Shown here piece after piece: positions 56,741 to 64,000 of a DNA stretch of 64,000 nt (positions are counted from its first letter, which is position 1; each line of letters begins with the position of its first letter). The position numbers and the translations under genes are program-made. This DNA is from Rhodosorus marinus CCMP1338 (Eukaryota > Plantae > Rhodophyta): the NCBI GenBank assembly GCA_029953675.1, contig JAMWBK010000006.1, positions 682,001-746,000 on the forward strand, given 5' to 3'. A model generated the notes under the pieces. That model was not told the DNA's origin and made no database searches. It saw only the letters and a program-made list of their open reading frames with translations.

Positions 56741-58133
56741 AGAGCATATCCGTTGTTTCTCTTATGGAAAGACAGAATGCTACTCTTGTCCTTGGCCTTG
56801 CAATCTGAGGAACTTTATCGACGATCGCAACAACTCATACCTGTCCAAAAACTGCCTCCCTGGGCCGTTGGCATAGGCTCTGTGGACGGACGCGTTGTTC
56901 TGTACAGAAAAGGACGTCTCAGACTTAATGCGTTGAGATATTTGAACATTTTGAAGAAGGCTTGGATGGTCTGGTCGAGTTTATGGAATCGATCGCTGCT
57001 CGGAACCCCCCGCAAGACCTGACTATGAGAAGGTGTGCAAGGCGCGCGAACAATTGGTCGTCTTCGCCTTGATCGCGTGTCCTTGCCAACGAAACTGAGA
57101 GTGCCCAGAATCAAACTCGTTTTGCCCGGGTGTGATCTCTTCGCGTCATCCTCTCGCGAGCCAAGGCGTTGAAGAGTTTGCGGACTTTTTAATCCGTGGA
57201 TATCAATGAATGTATTATTGGCTTCTTACCTCCTCGGTACTGTCAGAGAACAAAACTTATAGGCATCCCGAGACTCACTCAAACAGGTAGCATGCAGCAA
57301 AAAAAGAAACACATCAAAAAGATAACGATTGACATGGAGGCTAAGTGACGGGGCAGGACTTGCGTTGATCACACACCATCATTAGCCTGCTTACCATCCT
57401 TCATTCATTTATGCAATCTCGGCTCACTCTTTTACTATTCAGTCGGCTGAGAACGGTACCAAGGATCAGGGACACAAATAATCTATACGAGAGGGGGCGT
57501 TTGAGTCAATCCAGTTGACCTGATGACTTGCAAGGCCTCCGACAGACTGCAAAAGCGCAGCCGGCCAGTCAGGCACTCTTTTGCAAATAGCCACCCAGCT
57601 CTAGCAAGCAGAGCCTATTCTGGCAAGATTACTATAAATTTCATCTACGATTCAATGTAGACGTAAAACATGGATTCTGGAGATCATGTTTATTGATATT
57701 ATCCGTAGAATTCCTAACTATAGACCAATTCAAATTTGCGCCGAGCGCTCGTACTTATGACCTAGTTTTCTAAATATGTTGAATTATGTGAAAATTTCGA
57801 CAAAATTGGACAGACTTTCTAGATTTAGAACTATACCTTCATAGAATATCCTTGATCTCATAAGGGGTTCTTGTTTCGGTGGTGACTAGTGGGGAGGTGG
57901 CGGGTGCTGCTCGAGTTGGTATAGAGGGGCTTCGTGTTGGTTAGACTTGAAGGCCGTTGAGGAGTACATGTATATTATAAACAGATTTTTGTTGTTGTTT
58001 TACTTCCCCTATTTCGGTGATAGGGCAGTGAAGTCGTGTTCGAAGGGGCCCTATAGGAAGTGAGGTTTTTAGTCAAGTTTTCCGTGCGTAGCGGAGACCG
58101 GTTTGGTCGGACAACAGGGTTTGAGATTTGAGA

Positions 58134-58361
58134 ATGGCTGCTGTTCTTAGGAGGGCATATAAGAAATTCAAGTGGGTGATGCAGGTGGATGCGCCCCTAG
58201 TGATTGGGTTTGGCGCGTGCCTTAGCTTTTGGGTTTGGCCACAACTTTACACCAGACCTGATTTTGACAACCTTTACTATGTCGGCTCTGAGGCTCAAAC
58301 CGAGCAGTACAAAAAGCAACTGCGTGAGTTCCAGCAAAAGCATGAAACTATGAGATTCTAA
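58134..58361 (+). CDS. 75-aa single-pass membrane microprotein, unknown family
   Basis: MAAVLRRAYKKFKW (basic, amphipathic), one hydrophobic segment (APLVIGFGACLSFWVWP) and a polar tail. Preceded by the GT-rich leader seen upstream of other genes here. Confidence 0.6.
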   Translation: MAAVLRRAYKKFKWVMQVDAPLVIGFGACLSFWVWPQLYTRPDFDNLYYVGSEAQTEQYKKQLREFQQKHETMRF

Positions 58362-59588
58362 TAGGGAACAGTTCGTTTGAGACTAAGCAACAAGTTTACG
58401 TTTTGGGTTTGTTTTTGTTATTTCATTGAACGCCTCAGGGGTAACGAACGAACCTTGGAGAACATTATTCACAAAGGAAGATGCGACGAAACTAGAAGAA
58501 GCTAAGTAGTTACAGGCTGCGGAGATCTATTCGCCTTTGAAGGCCCTTCCCTACTTGCGGGAGTCTTTGTGAGTGGATTTTCAGCAAGTTCCCAATCGGA
58601 GTAGCCTAATTTTCTCTTCCCTTCCTTTCGTCGACGGCGTTCTCCCTGGGAAGAAACTTCTCACGAAAAGAAAACTCGTTAATCCTTATTGTTTCATCGA
58701 TCAGCGGCAGGCGACTTGTCTCGTATGACAAGCACTCAATACAAAAAAGAAGCGATCGGTAGTTTCCGCTACCATGATTGACAAGACTTCCCGCAATCCC
58801 AACAAAAACAGTTGACAATACTTAGCACAGTCGTTCGAGGACAAATATTAGAGAACCGAGGAGTTGAGCAAGCTCTACATAATCACAGACCATCGAAGGT
58901 TCAGAGTTCTGTAGAAAGGCGCCTTCCTTCGTGCCAAAGATCTCCATTGCCAACCATCCTCAACAGGCGCCCACGTCGGACGAAGCTCCTACCACGCCAA
59001 ATTCCCGTTCATAATTTTCTAAATAACCTAAAACTAGATAAATCTTATCTAAAATATGCAACAACAACCCAAAACGATCCACTACCCCCCCGCTTCCCGC
59101 TTGAACGTATACCCCCGCACCCCAATACTTATGCTTTATCAGCAAAATATTCTTTAAATAAAATGATATTATATAGTTTTAGTGGTATTTATATAGTAAA
59201 TACTTGTATAAGCTGAATAGAACTAGGGGGGTGAGGGGAGATTGGAAAGTCTGGTCATTTCTCTGAGACTTCTAGTGTAACGGTAGTGGTATCTGTCAGC
59301 TTAATGGCGAGGTATATGAAGCGTTCGAGTTGAGGGAGTTTGCAGTTGGGGGTGTTGAAGACGAGCTAGCGGAGCTCTGGAGTTTCAGAGGATGAAGACC
59401 TCTTGAAAGTGCTGATTTTGTTTTCTTTTTGGCGCTTCGCGCCTGATAGACTTTTGTTTGTTGAGTTTTGTGAAGCGTATTTTCTGTTTTGTTTGGGTTT
59501 GGTAGGTTTTTTGTTTTTTTTGTTTGGGAGCTGGAAAGGATATATATCAACTGTTTAGGTTTGGGGCTGTGGCTGTCTTCAGAGAGCG

Positions 59589-60521
59589 ATGTTAGAAGCT
59601 GGAGTCTCGAGTGGATTGAGTCTGGTGAATCCGGGTGCTGATGACAGGGATTTAGTGCCCTACACTGAGGCTAGTGTTGTGTGCAAAGGATTGCGCAATC
59701 GAGATTTTGGCTCGTTGAGTGACCCGTTCGCAATTCTCTATGAGCTGCTTCCTAATGGAGTATATTTGGAGAGGGACAGGACGGAAGTTATTTTTGATGA
59801 CTTGAATCCAAATTTCTGTCACAAATTTAGCTTTGAGGAGCAGGACAAGCAGAAAACGTTTCAGATGACGATAATGGACTACGACGTCGTGAAGAAGGAC
59901 GATTTTCTTGGGAATGTTAGGTTTACTCCTCAGCAACTAGAGAGCGCAACGGACGGGGTGCTAGAGCTGGAGATCCAATCTAAAAACGGCAAAATTAGCA
60001 AGAAGAACGGTATTTCAACCTTTTACGTAGAACGACTGATGAGAAGCAGGGAACCATACAAGGTTGGGATGGAACTAGGACTGGGCGCCGACTGCAAAGT
60101 TGAATCCAAGAAGAAGATCTTCTTATGTCTCTCACGTTCGACCGCGAATTCACGTGACTACGTGAGGATATTCAGGTCTGAGGCGATGCAAATACCAAGT
60201 AAGAAGGGGGAGTCGTTTGTCCTCCCAACTTTCGAGGTGGACTCGTCCACTCTTACAGCTCAAGACCCCGAGCGCCACCTGCTCCTGGAACTGCTCCTTG
60301 AGGGCGGAAGGAAGGGTAACCATCGAAACATCGGTGAAGTTGTTTTCAAGGTTGGAAAGCTCGACAACCTTCGAGCAGGAGAATCGATTGCATTTTTTAG
60401 CGGACTATCTGGGGATGGTCGATGCCGTCCACAACTGGTATTCCCATGCATGAATTGGAACGTTGGGAGAAGCACAAGCGTTATCGTTATGCGCGTATCA
60501 AATCTGTTGATAAGATGGTGA
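59589..60521 (+). CDS. Copine-like tandem C2 protein lacking the vWA domain (intronless, 310 aa)
   Basis: C2A: CKGLRNRDFGSLSDPFAILY...RTEVIFDDLNPNF...MDYDVVKKDDFLG with the Ca-binding Asp residues. Second degenerate C2: FLCLSRS...RIFRSE...HRNIGEVVF. Stop follows directly. Confidence 0.85.
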   Translation: MLEAGVSSGLSLVNPGADDRDLVPYTEASVVCKGLRNRDFGSLSDPFAILYELLPNGVYLERDRTEVIFDDLNPNFCHKFSFEEQDKQKTFQMTIMDYDVVKKDDFLGNVRFTPQQLESATDGVLELEIQSKNGKISKKNGISTFYVERLMRSREPYKVGMELGLGADCKVESKKKIFLCLSRSTANSRDYVRIFRSEAMQIPSKKGESFVLPTFEVDSSTLTAQDPERHLLLELLLEGGRKGNHRNIGEVVFKVGKLDNLRAGESIAFFSGLSGDGRCRPQLVFPCMNWNVGRSTSVIVMRVSNLLIRW

Positions 60522-60723
60522 CTGACTTCTACTCGTGAGCTGGAGCTGAGGCTCGGGGTGCCGGACGTACTGATATTCTGATAAGAACTCTTCAATATGT
60601 TTATACTCTGAAACGCTGAGTTGCGTAATTCTAATAAGAACTAGTGAACACCTGTTACCGTGGCTCACCAAGGACTCATACAGGAAATATCCGAGCCTTT
60701 TATTCGTGAAAAAATTAATAATG

Positions 60724-62837
60724 TTACATAATGCTACATCCCGCAAACTCTCGAAAGCGTTGAGCAGTGGAATTTTCCACGTCCGCGTTGCCATTCTCTC
60801 CTTCCGAGGGTTCCGCTGAATTGGGCTGCTTGCCTTCGTCTCCTGGGACATTATTCGAAATTACAAAAGTCAAGATCACACGCGATCCCATGCGTTAAGA
60901 GCCAGAGCTTATGTTGTGTTGCACATAATCACGCATCATCTACAAAACAGAAAGGTACATCTTGCCTTACCGTACAAACTAGCAAGAGCCTTAATCACCT
61001 GGATATCGCGCGTTTCAATTGGCATGAACTTCTCTAAAACCTACGTAAAAGTAGAAGAGAGTGTAAGAAGCAGGAACACCGACAATGCCGCAGAAGGGAG
61101 AACCCCTGGTGAAACGCAAGGGACTAAAGACCCTCCAAAACCCGTTCGGCTTAATTTGCATATCCCCCTTTTGGCACTACCCCACTACATCGCTTTGCAG
61201 TGCCGCAATCCGGTGTCGATTCTGCGCAGGACTTGTATGACGGTCTGTTGCTCCTTTGTGCCACTTACATTGTGCTGTGATTGCTCCTGGAGCCACGGAT
61301 GTTTCAAAACTTCACGAACTGATATTCTCTCCGACGCATTCATATTTAGCATCTGCCGGATCAAGTCCCTCGCTTCTTCGTCCACAAAATCTGGTACTGT
61401 ATATACACCCTCTCTAATCTTCTTAAAGAGTTCCACTGTGCAAGGAGATTAGAAAACAGCTCGTTCAGCAAGCCAACGAAATTGCCATTACCCCGCTCAT
61501 CAGGTCCCCCGGCTACACTATCCAAGACCCGAAATGGAAGTTATATCTTACGCATCCCTTCCGCCTCGAATGGAATCTTTCCTACGAGCAGGAAATAGAG
61601 TGTTACGCCGGCGGCCCATACGTCGACTGCCATACCAGAGAAGTTGTACTCTCCGTTGGCGATCTCAGGAGGGAGGAACGCCGGCGAACCCTACCAAAGC
61701 AAAGGAAGTAGGGCTAGTTGGTCATCTCATTCGATGGGTCTAGATCCCGGTTCACGTATCTTGGTTGCAAACCCACCGAAGTCTTTGTTACATGATCACT
61801 CTCGTTGTACTTGTCGAGGAATTCTGCAACTCCGAAGTCAGATATCTTCAGCTCGTGCTCAGTGGTGAGCATCAGGTTCTCCGGTTTGATATCACGGTGA
61901 ACTACGTTCTTCCCGTGAAGATGCCTTAAACCCAAAAGCAGCTGCCTAAAATAGAATTTCACCTGCTCTACAGGAATCCTCTGTGAGAGTACAGCGGCAA
62001 CAGCAAATCGACCGCCTTCAGTACATAAAAAGGCGAACAGGCCCGGCCAATACGACCGAGCTATCGAGAGGGATTCAAAGCACCTTGTCCGCTCGCAAGT
62101 CCATCAGGTCCTGTAGACTGCACCCATTCGCCAGCTCCATCACAACGTATATTCTGGGTTCCTCGGGGTAATCAATTACCTCAATCAGCTCAATTACGTT
62201 CGGATGTTTCTTCATTGATTTCATTATTCCTGGAAAGCGGGCACAGCGAATGAAGCTCTGTGTTCAGACATAGCTCACGTTATCCATAATCCACAAAATT
62301 TTCTGCCGGATCTCTCCGTTCCGAACAAAGCATGAACCAAAGCATGAACCAAAGCATGGCCACGGCCAACTAACCGATCTCCCTCTTGATGCCATTTAGA
62401 CCATCTGGAAGCTGTCACCGCGAAAACACGAAAATCTGGGTGAGAAACGCTCAACAGCAAAAGCACCCAGAAACAATGTGTCGCACCTTCATGATATGTT
62501 TTCTCTCAATGATTTTGACGGCAACGACTCGTAAAGTGTTTACGTCTATCCCCTCCTTGACCTTGGCGTTTGCACCCTCCCCTAACTTGGCTCCAAGAAG
62601 ATAATTGTGTATGGCCTTTGGCTTTGACTTTTCATCCGCCTTATTGTAATGTACTCGAAACTGCCCAACGTCCTCAAATCCATCGGAACCATCGTCGCTC
62701 AGGTCCTTCTCGAATTGAGCCACTGGAGGAATATCCCCCTCGTACTCATACTTGAACCCCGAGCCGCTCTCCCCAAAAAAAACTTTTGACCCGGTTCTCG
62801 TTTTGCGCTCCGGTCTAACCGGCGTTGCGGAGTTCAT
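60724..62837 (-). CDS. STK11: LKB1/STK11-like Ser/Thr kinase with C-terminal CaaX (CSIM)
   Basis: [120 protein letters not shown]. The spliced last exon ends FAGCSIM* at 60724. Confidence 0.87.
62327..62361. repeat. 12-bp minisatellite x3 inside a kinase intron
   Basis: AAAGCATGAACC AAAGCATGAACC AAAGCATGGCC. Confidence 0.9.
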
Positions 62838-63609
62838 CAGTCCCAAGAAGGGCGAGCAGAGAAGACCTTCTTCTCTCCTTGTTTCTGAGGAGAAACGGAG
62901 CAGCCAAAAATTTGTCCCCGATTTGCCCGTCACTGTACTCGCCTATTAACCCTAAGAAGCAACCCTCAATCGAACTACGCTGATCGCCCTTTCTCAAGCG
63001 CGACCGACCACTCACCGAGGACTCAAAACCCAGATGAACGGACACGACCCCCAAAGAAAGCTACCTCACTTTCATTACCAACACGACCTACCCTTCCCAA
63101 TCCATCTAAAACCCGCCCACCCACCAACCCCCAACCAAAACAAAGGGCAAGACCGCACCACCCTCCCCACCCAACCCCACCAAAAAATCCCCTCACGAAC
63201 GTAAGAGCCTTTCCGCTGACCACCGAGAAATACCTTGTACCCCTCACTCCCTCCCCCCTTCCATCTCATACCCATCCAAAACCTCACCTCCTGCTCCTCT
63301 CCTAACCACTCACCCCAACCCCTCCGATTTCGTTCTATATATGCTACTGGAACAGGACTCCCATGTCTAAAACTAACATAGTCTCCTGTCTGAAAGAAAA
63401 AGCAGTCCCCCCCTGCTCACTCCTTCCTAAGGAGAGTTGTAACGCGTCAACAGGACCCACTTTTTACGCGGCCCTGCTTTTTTCTCTAAAACGGAGTCGT
63501 TCACATCAACCCCCCAAAACCGAAGAAAAAACTCAGATCCATGGCGTTTTTACTAAGAAGAACTGTTCTTTTAGAATTCCAAAGAATTTTCAAGTAGTAC
63601 ATTCCATGG

Positions 63610-63776
63610 GAGTCTCGCATTACCGACGAGTCTCACATCACTGAACGAGTCTCAAATCACTAAACAAGTCTCACATCACTGAACGAGTCTCAAATCACTA
63701 AACAAGTCTCACATCACTGATCGAGCTCATATCACAGTAAGAGTTTCACGTCACTGAACGACTTTCAAATCACTCT
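63610..63776. repeat. 19-bp tandem repeat, ~9 copies, with 38-bp higher-order structure
   Basis: GAGTCTCACATCACTGAAC alternates with GAGTCTCAAATCACTAAAC (63628-63722), with degenerate copies at both ends. Confidence 0.97.
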
Positions 63777-64000
63777 CGCGTTTTGGTCGGAGGCTAAGGT
63801 CCCCGAATGAGTTATTCTAGGAAGGGCTGGGAGAGCGCGCCTCCAAGAACTAGTGCAGCATTAGTGCGCGAGAGAGTCAGACTCAAAGAAACATGCAGTC
63901 GGGAAAGAGAATCAGGGCGGTCGCAGTAACCACTCCCACAACCATCACACACCCCCAGCGCTATCTACGATCACCAGACGAGTCGTCGATCGTTAAAAAA

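Noticed and set aside
1-64000. Functional gene cluster, selenoprotein or stop-codon reassignment
   Set aside because: Neighbouring genes have unrelated functions, and every in-frame stop in conserved genes is explained by GT-AG introns.

Overview
Eukaryotic nuclear DNA with compact, intron-rich genes (GT-AG introns mostly 50-250 nt), so the ORF track shows only exon fragments; gene models were spliced by hand. A unicellular red alga (for example Stylonematophyceae such as Rhodosorus) is my best inference, based on a cytosolic CBM20-CBM20-DSP laforin, a DUF179 gene with an MAF-type plastid transit peptide, and a zinc-finger and copia gag that resemble red-algal families as I recall them. About 20 protein-coding genes are supported: DUF819, a soluble tomosyn-like R-SNARE, PRP18, laforin, SDA1, NAA20, PI4KB, a Puf4-type Pumilio, a Cys-rich zinc finger, a membrane-anchored dynamin/EHD-like GTPase, SPT4, NSUN5, a RING-H2 E3, an orphan DxDPS-repeat protein, DUF179, L2HGDH, GOT1, a 75-aa membrane microprotein, a vWA-less copine-like C2C2 protein and an LKB1/STK11-like kinase ending in CSIM. 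There is one dead, internally deleted Ty3/gypsy element, a probable copia gag relic and several unidentifiable decayed ORFs. The most unusual non-coding signal is a set of intergenic arrays (6.6, 14.1, 16.2 and 39.2 kb) with different unit lengths that share GTAACA(T/G/A)TGGC and, except at 39.2 kb, AATTTGGCC; two of them form a diverged direct repeat around the gag relic and one copy abuts the NAA20 start codon. No rRNA, tRNA or CRISPR array is supported.
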